Notes under the pieces: generated by a model
Databases searched by the model: none
What the model saw: the letters and a program-made list of their open reading frames with translations, nothing else
Told to the model about the DNA's origin: nothing
DNA from: Malacoraja senta
Lineage: Eukaryota
DNA: 64,000 nucleotides
Reading direction: 5' to 3'
Assembly (NCBI GenBank): GCA_038087875.1
Contig: CM075995.1
Location: 2,420,001 to 2,484,000, forward strand
Made by a program: the position numbers and the translations under genes
In this document: one piece after another, positions 1 to 12,895 of the stretch
Numbering within the stretch: the stretch's first letter is position 1
How the letters are laid out: each line of letters begins with the position of its first letter

Positions 1-534
1 CGAGCCTGCACCGCCATTCAATATGATCATGGCTGATCATCCAACTCAGTATCCTGTGTCTGCCTTCTCTCCATACCCCCTGATCCCTTTAGCCACAAGG
101 GCCACATCTAACTCCCTCTTAAATATAGCCAATAAACTGGCCTCAACTACCTTCTGTGGCAGAGAATTCCAGAGATTCACCACTCTCTGTGTGAAAAATG
201 TTTTTCTCATCTCGGTCCTAAAAGATTTCCCCTTTATCCTTAAACTGTGACCCCTTGTCCTGGACTTCCCCAACATCAGGAACAATCTTCCTGCATCTAG
301 CCTGTCCAACCCCTCAAGAATTTTGTAAGTTTCTATAAGATCCCCCCTCAATTTTCTAAATTCTAGCGAGTACAAGCCGAGTCTATCCAGTCTTTCTTCA
401 TATGAAAGTCCTGACATCCCAGGAATCAGTCTGGTGAACCTTCTCTGTACTCCCTCTATGGCAAGAATGTCTTTCCTCAGATTTGGAGACCAAAACTGTA
501 CGCAATACTCCAGGTGTGGTCTCACCAAGACCAT
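1..534 (-). mobile_element. CR1 LINE 3' fragment (ORF2 C-terminus plus 3' UTR), 5'-truncated
   Basis: ORF 46..534 has CR1 ORF2 C-terminal motifs LVRPHLEYCVQFWSP, RGDLIETYKI, TRGHSL and FFTQRVVNLWNSLP. Confidence 0.92.
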
Positions 535-541
535 TATACGC

Positions 542-551
542 TATATGCACG

Positions 552-607
<56 letters not shown>

Positions 608-700
608 ACATATATATATATACACATACACACATATATATATTTATATGTAAACACTATATAGTGTATACATATAAATAGTACACATATATATATAGTA
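542..700. repeat. (TA)n / (TA,CA)-rich microsatellite
   Basis: Pure TA run at about 553-602, degenerate to about 700. Confidence 0.95.
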
Positions 701-1615
701 TATTTACACTGAAGGGTCTCGAGCCTGAGTTGCCGCTGAGTTGCTCTTGGGTCTATCTTCACACATACATACACATACACAAACATACATATACTGAACT
801 TTTGTCTCTCGTTTATTATATTGTTTACAGAGTACTCTGTTTAAATATTCTGTTGTGCTGCTGGAAGGAAGAATATCATTCTTCTGTCTGGGTGTACATA
901 TGATAATAAAACACTTTTGACTCTTCTACATTCCGTGTGTCCATACCAGAGGTCATTCATTTTCACATCCGAATGAACATTCTACATGTGTGAATACTGG
1001 CATCGCAGGAAAATGTGAGCGTTTAACTCCATCTGTTGTCGCTTGCCACAGTGAAACACACACAGGCGCAGTTTTCAAAAGGAGTCACTGGATAGTGATG
1101 AGAAGCAAGGACTCTGCCCTAATCCTCCTGCCAACTACACTTGAGCTGCCAAGCCCAATTACAGCACTCAAAAGTCTCTGTGAAGTGTCGGAACCAAACC
1201 TGGGCCTTCACGTCCCAGTAAGACACCCAGTTTTCCGCCCTGCATTCACTTGTATCCTCTGGCAGAGAAGTCCAGTAGAAATGATCGTGGCTTTAAAATT
1301 ATGATTGGGGATGGAATTACTGATTGGGGATGATCAGCCATGATAACATTGGATGGCGGTGCTGGCTCGAAGGGCCGAGTGGCCTACTCCTGCACCTATT
1401 GTCTATTGTCTATGATTGGGAAATTCGACGGCACTGACAGGAAAATACTGTTCAGAGTTGGGAACATTGAAACTCTCTTTCCAATCAAATCTGGTGGAAA
1501 TATCCAAGACTACAAGATTGTAGTCTTGGATATTGGGAAATTGCAGAGAGTTATGGGTGTAGGCCAGACCATCAAACAAACCAACTTCCCTCCCATGGAC
1601 TCCATCTACGCTCCT

Positions 1616-1888
1616 CAGAATTAAAGGATGGAGATGAGGAGGAATTTCTTTAGTCAAAGGGTAGCGAATCTGTGGAATTCATTGTCACTAAAGGCTGTGG
1701 AGGCCAAGTCAATGGATGTTTTTAAGGCAGAGATAGATAGATTCTTGATTAGTACGGGTGTCATGGGGTTATGGGGAGAAGGCAGGAGAATGGGGTTAAG
1801 AGGGAAAAATAGATCAGCCGTGATTGAATAGCGGAGTAGACTTGTTGGGCCGACTGACCTAATTCTGCTCCTATCCCTTATGATCTTC
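1616..1888 (+). mobile_element. CR1 3' end inserted in a Rex1/Babar fragment (about 1535-1940)
   Basis: EMRRNFFSQRVANLWNSL frame and CTTATGA-type tail. The flanks (ttgcagagag..ctccatctac / cactgcattggcaaggccaccagcataatcaaggacc) rejoin into a Rex1-like ORF end. Confidence 0.75.
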
Positions 1889-2029
1889 ACACTGCATTGG
1901 CAAGGCCACCAGCATAATCAAGGACCAGTCTCACCCAGGCCATTCGGCCCATCGAGTCCGCATCGACCAGCGGTCCCCGCACATTAATACTACACAACAC
2001 ACACATATGACAATTTTACATGTATACAT

Positions 2030-2978
2030 TTATAGCTGGGACCGCAGCTGTTTACAATAAACATTAATGAATTAGATGAAGGAATTAAAAGTAACATTAG
2101 CAAATTTGCAGATGACACAAAGCTGGGTGGCAGTGTGAACTGTGAGGAGAATGCAATGAGGATGCAGGGTGACTTGGATAGGTTGGGTGAGTGGGCAGGT
2201 GCATGGCAGATGGAGTATAATGTGGATAAATGCGAGGTTATCCACTTTGGTGGTAAGAACAGGAAGGCAGATTATTATCTGAATGGTGTCAGGTTCGGAA
2301 AAGGGGAAGTACAATGAGACCTGGGTGGCCTTGTACATCAGTCACTGAAAGTAAGCATGCAGGTACACAGGCATTGAAGAAAGCAGGTCCTTCTGCAGTT
2401 GTACAGGGCCTTGGTGAGACCACACCTGGAATATTTTGTGCAGTTTTGGTCTCCAAATTGGAAGAAGGACATTCTTGCTATTGAGGGAGTGCAGTGTAGG
2501 TTCACGAGGTTAATTCCACGGATGGCAGGACTGTCATATGATGAAAGAATGGAGTGACTGGGCTCATATTCACTGGAATTTAGAAGGAAGAGAGGGGATC
2601 TTATAAAAACATCTAAAATTGTTAATGGTTTGGACACGCTAGATGCAGGATACATGTTCCCGATGTTGGGGGAGTCCAGAACCAGGGGCCACAGTTTAAG
2701 AATAAGGAGTAGGCCATTAAGAACTGAGACGAGGAAAAACTTTTCCACACAGAGAGTTGTAAATTTGTGGAATTCTCTGTCTCAGAAGGCAGTGGATGCC
2801 AATTCACTGGATGCGTTCAAATGAGAGTTAGATAGAGCTCTTCGGGTTAGCGGAATCATGGGGTATGGGTAGAAGGCAGGAACGGGGTACTGATTGTGGA
2901 TGGTCAGCCATGATAACAATGAATGGCGGTGCTGGCTCGAAGGGCCAAAGGACCTACTCCTTTACCTATTGTCTATGT
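2030..2978 (+). mobile_element. Degenerate CR1 LINE fragment (RT C-half to 3' UTR)
   Basis: KFADDTKLGG-coding sequence at about 2100, MQGDLDRLGEW, NVDKCEVIHFG and TRGHSL; stops and frameshifts present. Confidence 0.9.
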
Positions 2979-3014
2979 ATACCATCTACCACCTGGTAAT
3001 ACTATCTATACCAG

Positions 3015-3192
3015 GACAATTAACCTACAAGTATGCATGTCTTTGGTGAGAAGGAGAAACTGAACATCTCGGAGAAAACCCACGCAGGTCACGGGGAAAA
3101 CGTACAAACACGGTACAGACAGCACCCGTAGTCAGGATCAAATCTGTGTCTCTGGCGCTGTAAGGCAGCAACTCCACCACTATGCCACCCTG
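3015..3192 (-). mobile_element. tRNA-derived V-SINE (HE1-like), 5' part
   Basis: Reverse complement of the SINE head and core seen intact at 16543-16858. Confidence 0.8.
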
Positions 3193-3258
3193 CAACCCAA
3201 ATTAAGTTAACTAAGAAACTAAAGAACTAAATTAACCAAACTAAGAAACTAAGTTATT

Positions 3259-3530
3259 TATGAAGGGGAAAAGATTTAATAGGAATCTGAGGGGTAACTT
3301 TTTTGCACAAAAGGTGGTGGGTGTATCGAACAAGCTGCCAGAGGAGGTAGTTGAGGCAGGGCCTATCCCAATGTTTAAGAACCAGATAGACAGGCATATG
3401 GATAGGATAGGTATGGAGAGATATGGAACAAACGAGGGCAGGTGAGAACTACTGTTGCGGGGACATGTTGGGCGGTGTGGGCAAGTTGGGCCGAAGGACC
3501 TGTTTCCATCTATATCACTCTATGACTCTA
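3259..3530 (+). mobile_element. CR1 3' end with (ACTCTATG)n tail
   Basis: MKGKRFNRNLRGNFF..KLPEEVVEAG frame, ggccgaagg hairpin and microsatellite tail. Confidence 0.85.
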
Positions 3531-5443
3531 TAAACTAATAATCTAAACTCTATCATATTCAAATACTAAGAGTAATCGACTGACATATTTCACTCCAGAA
3601 CCGGAGATATTGGAACTTATCTGAAACTAAGTTATTTTTGATTCTTTGATTTAAAACGTTGTCCGTAGTGAATGCATAACATGTCAGCTGAACCCTTACA
3701 TGCGGAGGAATGTATGATTAATGAGTCTAAAGTCACTGCACATATGGTTTCATCTTGAATTGCACACCCTGCTCCACTTTCCACAGCTATGGCGTCTTTT
3801 TTTTATTGACATATTTAAGGTTGGTGTGGGCTGTAGTACATTAATGGGGACTTTTAGTGCAGGTTATAAATAGTTCAGACACTCAGTCTCTGAGGCAGAG
3901 AAAAGGATATGCTCTGAAACAAGTTAGACATAACAAGCATCTTCACTTACAAATGAGTTTGTACAAATCTACAAATCATATATTTGCTGATTCTGCATTT
4001 TGTGAAAATATTGTTGACATACAGAAACGAGCAGACAAAAAAATCATCCCCTCCTGACATTCTAAATCCTTGACACTAACTTCATGTTCATTCCAGGGCC
4101 CAAGATAGTTTCTGTAGATTGGTTTTGATATTTTCTCTGCAATGGATTGTCCTTGCGAACAAATCAATAAAGGATACGCCGTCACCAAAATCAATAAACC
4201 TGTTAATGTAGCCCCTGTACGGGCAGGGTTGTTGAATCTGTTTTTGGATTAGAAAGCTGAGTTTTGTGAAATCATTGAAATGGTAAATGTGCATTTTCCC
4301 CCCGCCTTGTGTAAAATCATTCATTATTAAGGTTTTCATTAGTCGGAAAAAAAATCAATTTTCCGAATTCAATCAGTTTCCGCAGCCACCTGTCCTGTCC
4401 TGTCTGGGTTTGCGATGAAGCTGAAGATTACAATCGGAAACTCGGCTGGCTGCATTGAAATGAGAAGTTGTAGACCTCACAATGTCAACCGTTACAAATT
4501 GATAGCTTTTTACTTACACGGCACATTCAGCTAATCCTTCGGAAGTTAAACACTGCCCAACCCACCCCTGAGTTACAGTGATACTAGTGCGCTATTGAAA
4601 AATGCAGTGGCTATTTCTCCTGACATCTTGGACACCATTTATTTCTCAACCGATGTCATTGAAGGGGGATCATTCCCTCATTTACCTTGGCGCAGTGCAG
4701 ATATTTATATAAATCTTCCGTCGTGTATATAACTGCAAGGGTTCATTTACCAATCGAACGCTTCTCATGGTTTGATCTTGATAACGTTGGCGCACATCAG
4801 ACACAGCGATTTAATTGAGTGCTGCTGCCTTTAATAATGGATCTTATGTTTATAGCTACCAGTTTCTGTCAAATCTGATGTGCTTTCAGCAGCGCGGAGT
4901 AACACACAACACTGCACTGGAAACCTATTTGGGATGTTGCAGCTTGAGGGAATAACAGGACAGTGATGTACGGTGATGGAAGCAGAGAGAAACAATAGCA
5001 GGGAGTGGAGACGCCAGCTCTGTCAGGGAGCTTGAAAGACACAGGCAGACCTAGGCATTAGCCCTGCATTTGGAACAAATGGGTGCATTCCTGAGGCAAG
5101 AAGGTCGATGGGGAGGGTACAGAGGAGAGAAATGTGGCACTAGTGAAAGGAGACAGTGACATTTTTGCGAGTGGCAGGCCCTGAAACATATGAGACATTA
5201 ATGAGCCGGCTGGCTATGGTGAGCTCTCATCTGCAGACATAATGAAAATTTTATGGTGACATTTCAAGTCAACAGCAGAGATTTTTGCATGCTGCAAATT
5301 TGACGCGTACAACTAGGGACTAAAGTGAATTGTTGGTGGGTATGTGCTCAGGTCTGACATTGGCAAAAAGCTCCACTTTTCAGATATCAATTGAGCAAAA
5401 ACAATTATTGTGTTGGCTGGTTGATGAGAGAACTCCATACAAA

Positions 5444-5708
5444 AAATTTAATCTAAAGACTTAACAGGAATTTGAGGGGGAGCTTTTTTCCATCAAACTG
5501 GTGGGTGTGTGGAACAAGTATGGAGGTAGTTGAGGCAGGTACTATTGCAACATTTAAGAAACATTTAGACAGATACATGGACAGGACAGGTTTAGAGGGA
5601 TATATGGCAAATGCAGGCAGGTGGGACTAGTGTAGATGGGACATGCTGGCCAGTGTGGGCAGGTTGGGCCGAAGTGCCTGTTTCCACTCCGTATGATTGT
5701 ATGACTCC
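5444..5708 (+). mobile_element. CR1 3' end
   Basis: Same subfamily as 3259-3530. Confidence 0.8.
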
Positions 5709-6097
5709 AATTTTACGATGGGACCCTACATTGTGAGGTTGCTTTGCTTTTCTGGAATTTCCGGAGTCTAAATGCCAGGAAATCAAAAAAAGTGATGGTA
5801 TTCCCTTTCCCATTGTGTTTGAAGGGATATGGACAATTACTCAACTCAATCATGTCCACATCTATCCATGTTTTCCAGAAATGCTGCCTGACCTGCAGAG
5901 TCACTCCTGCACTTTGTGGATTTTTTCGTTGTACACCAGCACCTGCAGTTCCTTATTTCTACTCTGTCATCATTGTCTGTTCAAGCAACTGATTGAAGCC
6001 ATGGTTGCTCAAGGAACCTCGATAGTTTACCAGATACATTGCCCAAGTACATTGTTCTGGGTAAAATGATCTCTGAGGTACGGAAGTGATTTCTGAA

Positions 6098-6432
6098 GTT
6101 TAGTTTAGTTTAGTTTAGAAATGCAGCACGGAAACAGGCCCCTCGGCCCACCGAGTGCACCGACCAGCGATCCCCGCACATTCTTGGTTCATTGTCCTCC
6201 AAAATATTCCAAATGGAATTTAAACTGGAGGTGACACTATCCTACACACACTAGGGACGCACTGGGGACAATTTATACTTATACCAAGCCAATTAACCTA
6301 CAAACCTTTTCGTCTTTGGAGCGTGGGAGGAAACCAAAGATCTTGGCGAAAGCTCACACAGTCACGGGGAGAACGTACAAACTCCGTGCAGACAGCACCT
6401 GTAGTTAGGGTCGAACCCGGGTATCCGGCGCT
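6098..6432 (-). mobile_element. V-SINE (HE1-like) with about 55-bp internal insertion
   Basis: (TTTAG)n tail, V-core and B-box GGTTCGA on the minus strand. Confidence 0.82.
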
Positions 6433-6539
6433 GCAAGTGCTATGTTATATGATGCTGCATTATGCACAATGCTAATTGCAAATGGAAGTCATGGAGAGAT
6501 ATTGCATAGAAAAAGGCCCTTTGGCCTACCATGACAATG

Positions 6540-6720
6540 CTGTGTTTTTGATTTTTGTGTTCGGATTGAATTCTGTTTTTAATTTGTGTACTTGTGATGT
6601 CTTTATTATTTATTTCATTCCGCTTACATGTTTCTACTGTAAAATCTTGTTAAATCTTGTAAGGTGTCCTTGAGATTTGAAAGGCGCCCATAAATAAAAT
6701 TTATTATTATTATTATTATT
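6540..6720 (+). mobile_element. L2-type LINE 3' UTR end with (TAT)n tail
   Basis: tgtaaggtgtccttgag..gaaaggcgcccataaataaaat followed by (tat)n. Confidence 0.55.
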
Positions 6721-7274
6721 AACGACCCATTTTGCACTAATTCTGCATTAAACCCATTTTTTATTCTACCCATATTCCCATCATCTCTCCCCCTATCACT
6801 CACCTACACACTATGTGGGTTGCCCTCCCCACCCACATACCTTTCGGGTAACCCACACCCAAGGTTCTGGCGTCGTGAGGCAGTGGTTCCATTTGCTGCC
6901 TCACTGCGTCACCAATGGCAACTAAACGTTTGAGGATAAATGTGATGCATCAGATAGTTTCCTCCAGTCACTGTTACAGTTACAGTTTAGTTTATTGTCA
7001 CGTGTACCGAGGTACAGTGAAAAGCTTTTGTTGCGTGCTAGCCAGTCAGCGGAAAGACAATACACGATTACAATCGAGCCATTCACAATGTATAGTGTAT
7101 AGTGTTAAAGTAAGAAATGTTGCTAAAGGGATAGAGATTTAAGAGTGTGGAGCGATTGTAATCTGTGATTGTAGATATGCTTCTGTGGCCAGCACGCAAA
7201 TAGTTGCCTGGGTTGGGCACCATCTTGGAAGCAAAACTGACTAAATAGCACAAGGCATTAGTAGTAGTAATTAA

Positions 7275-7582
7275 AGGTAGACAAAAGTGCTGGAGAAACT
7301 CAGCAGGTGCGGCAGCATCTATGGAGCAAAGGAAATAGGCAACGTTTCGGGCCGAAACCCTTCTTCAGAATTGGAGGGAAGGGGGAATCACAGAGGGGGG
7401 GGGGGGGGGCAGTCAGAGAGGAGGTTGTAAAACTGTCTTCGGAGGGAGGAAGAGAACTTCTTCAAAGTAGGCATACCATGAGGAGATATCGCAGTGGAGT
7501 AGATAAAATGTTCAAGAAGGAACTGCAGATGCTGGAAAATCGAAGGTAGACAAAAGTGCTGGAGAAACTCAGCGGATGCGGC
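7275..7582 (-). mobile_element. Penelope-like element (PLE) pLTR fragments in partial tandem
   Basis: Direct repeat aaggtagacaaaagtgctggagaaactcagc at about 7274 and 7543; minimal hammerhead core on the minus strand at about 7341-7368. Confidence 0.75.
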
Positions 7583-7710
7583 ATTAATTTTCAGGGATTA
7601 AGCTAGCCAGACGAATTAAAATCAAAACTTTTCTATGTACCTTGTTAATAAAGAATCTTTTCAGAAGAAAAAAAAATCATAGCATACATCTTAAGTAAAT
7701 GCAAATATCT

Positions 7711-8040
7711 TAGAGTGATGTCATGGTTAAACTGCTGGATTAGTAAGTAGATTTCTGGATCAATGATCCAGAGAGGCAAGTTCTAATCCCACCACAGCAG
7801 TTGGTGAATTTAAATTCAAGCAATTATTTTAAAAAATCGAGTCTCAGTAAAGGTAACCGTGAAACTACTGGATTGTTGCAGAAACACATCTGGTTCGCTA
7901 ATGCCTTTCAAGGAATTAAATTTCCCATCCTCATCTGTTCGATGTGGCTGACTCTTAACTGCCTCCTCAGTTCACGGGCGACCATGGATGGTCAATAAAT
8001 GCCAAGGGTGTTCACACTCATGAACAAAAAAAAAAAAAAA
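7711..8040 (+). mobile_element. Older tRNA-derived SINE (second family) with poly(A) end
   Basis: B-box-like aagttctaatccc, internal catctggttcgctaatgcctt and AATAAA followed by an A-tract. Confidence 0.55.
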
Positions 8041-8242
8041 ATACACATTGGCCCAGATCCTGACTATGGGTGCTGTCTGTACGGAGTTTGTATGTTCTAC
8101 CTGTGACCGCGTGGGTTTTCTCTGGGTGCTCCGGTTTCCTCTCACGCCCCAAAGACTTACAGGTTTGTCGGTTATCATAACCTAGTTCTAAGTGATTCTA
8201 TTCTAAGCTATAGTAGAATTAGGCTATTCGGCCCATCAAGTC

Positions 8243-9695
8243 AATAGACAATAGACAATAGGTGCAGGAGTAGGCCATTCGGCCCTTCGAGCTAGCACCG
8301 CCATTCAATGTGGTCATGGCTGATCATCCACAATCAGTACCCCGTTCCTGCCTTCTCCCCATATCCCCTGACTCCGCTATCTTTAAGAGCCCTATCAAGC
8401 TCTCTTTTGAAAGTATCCAGAGAACCAGCCTCCACCTGAGGCAGAGAATTTCACAGACTCACAACTCTGTGTGAAAAAGTGTTTCCTCATCTCCGTTCTA
8501 AATGGCTTACCCCTTATTCTTAAACTGTGGCCCATGGTTCTGGACCCCCAACATCGGTAACATGTTTCCTGCCTCTAGCGTGTCCAAACCCTTAATAATC
8601 TTATATGTTTCAATAAGATTCCCTCTCATCCTTCTAAATTCCAGAGTATACAAGCCCAGCTGCTCCATTATCTCAGCATATGATAGTCCCGCCATCCCGG
8701 GAATTAATCTTGTGAAACTACGCTGCACTCCCTCAATAGCAAGAATGTCCTTCCTCAAATTAAGAGACCAAAACTGCACACAATACTCCAGGTGTGGCCT
8801 CACTAGGGCCCTGTACAACTGCAGAAGTACCTCTTTGTTTCGATACTCAACTCCTCTTGTTATGAAGGTCAACATGCCATTCGCTTTCTTCACTGCCTGC
8901 TGTTCCTGTGTACTTACTTTAATTGACTGATGAACAAGGACCCCCAGATCCCGTTGTATTTCCCCTTTTCCCAACTTGACACCATTTAGATAATAATCTG
9001 CTTTCCTGTTTTTGCTACCAAAGTGGATAACCTCACATTTATCCACATTAAACTGCGTCTGCCATGCATCTGCCCACTCACCCAACCTGTCCAAGTCACC
9101 CTGCATTCTCATAGCATCCTTCTCACAGTTCACACTGCCACCCAGCTTTGTGTCATCTGCAAATTTGCTAATATTACTTTGAATCCCTTCATCTAAATCA
9201 TTGATGCATATTGTAAATAGCTGCGGTCCCAGCACCGAGCCTTGCGGTACCCCATTAGTCACTGCCTGCCATTCTGAAAGGGACCCGTTAATCCCTACTC
9301 TTTGTTTCCTGTCTGCCAACCAATTTTCTATCCATGTCAGCACTCTACCCCCAATACCATGTGCCCTAATTTTGCCCACTAATCTCCTATGTGAATGCTT
9401 TCTGAAAGTCCAGGTACACTACATCCACTGGCTCTCCCTTGTCCATTTTCCTAGTTACATCCTCAAAAAATTCCAGAAGATTAATCAAGCATGATTTCCC
9501 CTTCGTAAATCCATGCTGACTCGGATCGATCCTGTTACTGCTATCCAAATGTGCCGCTATTTCATCTTTTATGATTGACTACAGCATCTTCCCCACCACC
9601 GGTAAGGCTAACTGGTCTATAATTCCCTGTTTTCTCTCTCCTGCCTTTCTTAAAAAGTGGGATAACATTAGCTCTTAAAAAGTGGGATAACATTA
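8243..9695 (-). mobile_element. CR1 LINE, about 1.45 kb 3' portion, nested in another CR1 tail inside a V-SINE
   Basis: 3' tail (TCTATTG)n at about 8243-8262. Host CR1 pieces at 8175-8242 and 9696-9885; host SINE pieces at about 8050-8174 and 9886-10030. Confidence 0.92.
8507..9379 (-). pseudogene. CR1 ORF2 reverse transcriptase fragment
   Basis: GVPQGSVLGPQLF, KFADDTKL and LVRPHLEYCVQFW; frameshifted at both ends. Confidence 0.92.
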
Positions 9696-10029
9696 TTCTG
9701 CCATTCAATCGTGGCTGATCTATCTCTCCCTCCTAACCCCATTCTCCTGCCTTCTCCCCATAACGTCTGACACCCGTACTAATTAGGAATCTATCTGTCT
9801 CTGCCTTAAAAAATATCCACTGACTTGGCCTCCACAGCCTTCTGTGGCAAAGAATTCCACAGATTCACCACCCTCTGACTAAAGAAGTTAATTGGCTTAT
9901 GTTGGGTTTATTGGCTTTGGTAAAAATTGTCAATTGTTCCTAGTAGGATAGTGTTGGTGTAGGATGCAAAACTGAGATAACATGGAACTAGTTTACGGGT
10001 GGTCGTTGGTCTGCGCGGACTTGGTGGCC

Positions 10030-11060
10030 CGAAGGGCCTGTTTCCACACAGCACGGAAACAGGCCCTCTGGCCCAATCTGACGAAGCCGATCAAGATGTC
10101 CAATCTGCACTAGTCCTACCTACCTGCATTTGGCACATAACCCTCTAAACCATTCCTAGATTTAGGGTTAGGTTTGTTGTTGTTGCATGTACAGAGGTAC
10201 TGTGAAAAGCTTTGTTTTGCATGCAGTCCACTCAGATCAGATATACCATTCATAACTTGGCCACACCGACCAACATGTCCCATCTACACAAGTCCCACCT
10301 GCCTGCGTTTGGCCCATATCCCTCCAAACCTGACCTATCCATGAACCTGTCTAATTGCTTCTTAAATGCTGCGATAGTCCCTGCCTGAGCTATCTCCTCC
10401 GGTAGCTCTCATCCTGCTGCGCTCCAGGGAATAGTCCCAGCCTGCTCAACCTTCCACATTGCTCAGACCCTCGATCCTGGCAACATCCTTGTAAATGTTC
10501 TCTGTACCCTTTCCAGCTTAAACAACATCTTTCCTGTAACATGGTGCCCAGAACTGAACGCAATACTAACTAAATGCGGCCTCACCAAAGTCTTGTACAA
10601 CTGCAACATCACCTCCCAACGTCTGAGCTCATCAAGTCATCCAGGTTTCCGTGTGTAAAATTATATAAACATTTTGTTTAATCTATTTAAAACAAATTCT
10701 GAATACATTCTGATGGATGGTCTCGCACATCCTGCAGCAGGTCAAACAAGTGTTGGGGAGCCTCAACAAACACTTAGAGTCATGGAGTGATACATTGTGG
10801 AAACAGGCCCTTCGGCCCAACTTGCCCACACCGGCCACCATGTCCCAGCTACACTAGACCCACCTACCTGCGCTTGGTCCATATGTCATTTCCATATACC
10901 TGTCTAACTGTTTCTTAAATGTTGGGATAGCCCCAGCCTCAACTACCTCCTCTGGCAGCTTGTTTCATACACCCACCACCCTCTGTGTGAAAAGGTTACC
11001 CCTCACATTCCCATTAAATATTTTCCCCCATCACCTTGAACCTATGTCCTCTGGCCCTCT
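10030..11060 (-). mobile_element. Cluster of CR1 3' fragments and a Rex tail
   Basis: Repeated ggaaacaggccc..cccacctgcctgcgtttggcccatatc units. Confidence 0.7.
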
Positions 11061-11154
11061 TGCTCCACTGTTGAAGCCGACCTGCATTCTAGAGGTGGAG
11101 TGAAGCCAGGAAACCACTGGTGCTGCCTGCCCGGGGATTTCCACAACCATCTTT

Positions 11155-11740
11155 AGACCCCGACAGTCCTTTCAGGTTAGGCAGAGATGCACTTGCAATG
11201 TAGACTGTGCGATCGTTTCACTGAACACCGTCGCTCAGTCCGCCTGGACCTACCTGATCTCCCAGTTGTCAAACACTTCAATTCCCCTTCCCATTCCCCA
11301 CACTGACCTTTCTGTCCTGGGCCTCCTCCATTGTCAGAGTGAGGCCAAATGCAAACTGGAGGAACAGCATCTTACATTTCACTTGGGCAGCTTTCAGCCC
11401 AGTGGTGTTAATCTTGATTTCTCTAACTTCAAGAAACCCCTGCATTCCGTCTCTCTCCACCCCTCTCCCACCCAAGTCGCACCAGCTTCTCATTCTCACC
11501 TAGCAAACAGCTAACAATGGCCTGTTTCCTTTATCAGCGGGTTTTTTGTTGCATATCTTTTGTTCATTTGCATATCTTTTGTTCATTTGTTCTATATCTC
11601 TCTACATCACTGTCTATATCTCTCGTTTCTCTTTCCACTGACACTAGTCTGAAGAAGGGTCTCGACACGAAACGTCACCCATTCCTTCTCTCCAGAGCTG
11701 CTGCCTGTCCTGCTGAATTACTCCAGCATTTTGTGACTAA
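11155..11740 (+). mobile_element. PLE 3' fragment: GIY-YIG endonuclease C-terminus plus pLTR with minimal hammerhead
   Basis: HTDLSVLGLLHCQSEAKCKLEEQHLTFHLGSFQPSGVN; CTGAAGA..GAAACGTC at 11649-11676. Confidence 0.85.
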
Positions 11741-12636
11741 CTTTAAAAAAAATGCCTGCCTACTGCTTCAAGCCAGCCAGCCAGCCAGCCCTGTTGTTGG
11801 GGGATGTGTGGAGAGGTGAAGGGGGGGGTGGGGAAAGAAAGGCAAGAGGGATTAGCTGGAAATTGAAGGCAGTCAGGCTTCCAATAGTGCTTGATTAGCA
11901 TAACAAAAAGGAAGCCTCAGCCTTTCAACATGAGGCAATGCATCTCATTACAGACAACTGAATCGCAATTGCCCTGCCCCCCCACCATGAATAAGGTCTA
12001 TATGATTTAACAGGGGCTTGAAATAGGGTCAGTTTAATGTACTTTTTTCGGCCTCCTGTGCATGCTTCAGGGTGAATGGCGCATACACTGAAACCGATGC
12101 ACTTGCATTTAATGGCTTAATTAGGATATAGTGCGCCGTTACCCTGCTGCTCCCATGTAATTTCCCCCCCAGTCAAATGTATGCGGGCTCAGTGCAGAGG
12201 ACTCCTGCAGCGCTGTGACTCTCTTCATTGCTCCTGTAAATAAGAGGGTGCAGTGGCTCAGAAGGTTACCTCCAATGCCATATGGCTGCATCGCAGCAGA
12301 ATCACCGAGGAACTGCATGAGAATAAAGTCAGGGATGAATTAAGTGTGATCAATGTGACACTAATGCTTAATGTTATTTCTTAAATGCGCATTAAGCAGA
12401 AATTAGCTTGAGCCTTCTTAGCATATTTTGTTCCCGACATATAGATATGAAAAATACCTTGGAGAAATGTACTTACATTATTTCAACAGAGTCAAATATA
12501 TCATGAGGAAATAGCACGGAACAGAATGTGTTGAAAATATCAACATCTTTCGATAATTTGTCAAAGTCTCGGGCATCCTGAGGTGCTTCGTAGCCAATAA
12601 GGCATTTTACAAGAGTCTGCTTCGAGGAGTCCTATG

Positions 12637-12895
12637 TTTAGTTTAGTTTAGAGAAACAGCGCGGAAACAGGCCCTTCGGCCCACAGAGTCTGCACCGACC
12701 AGCAATCCCCGCACATTAACACTATCCTACACACACTAGTGACAATTTACATTTATACCAAGCCAATTGACCTACAAACCTGTACGTCTTTGGAGTGCAG
12801 GGGGAAACCGGAGCACCCGGGGGAAACCCACACAGGTCACGGGGAGAACGTACAAACTCCGTGCAAACAAGCACCCAAAGTCAGAATAGAACCCC
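12637..12895 (-). mobile_element. V-SINE (HE1-like), head truncated
   Basis: (TTTAG)n tail and V-core. Confidence 0.85.

Noticed and set aside
398..786. YI-repeat ORFs
   Set aside because: Artefacts of the (TA)n microsatellite.
8502..8930. 142-aa plus-strand ORF (and similar ORFs at 2338-2748 and 29140-29637)
   Set aside because: Antisense shadows of retroelement ORFs.
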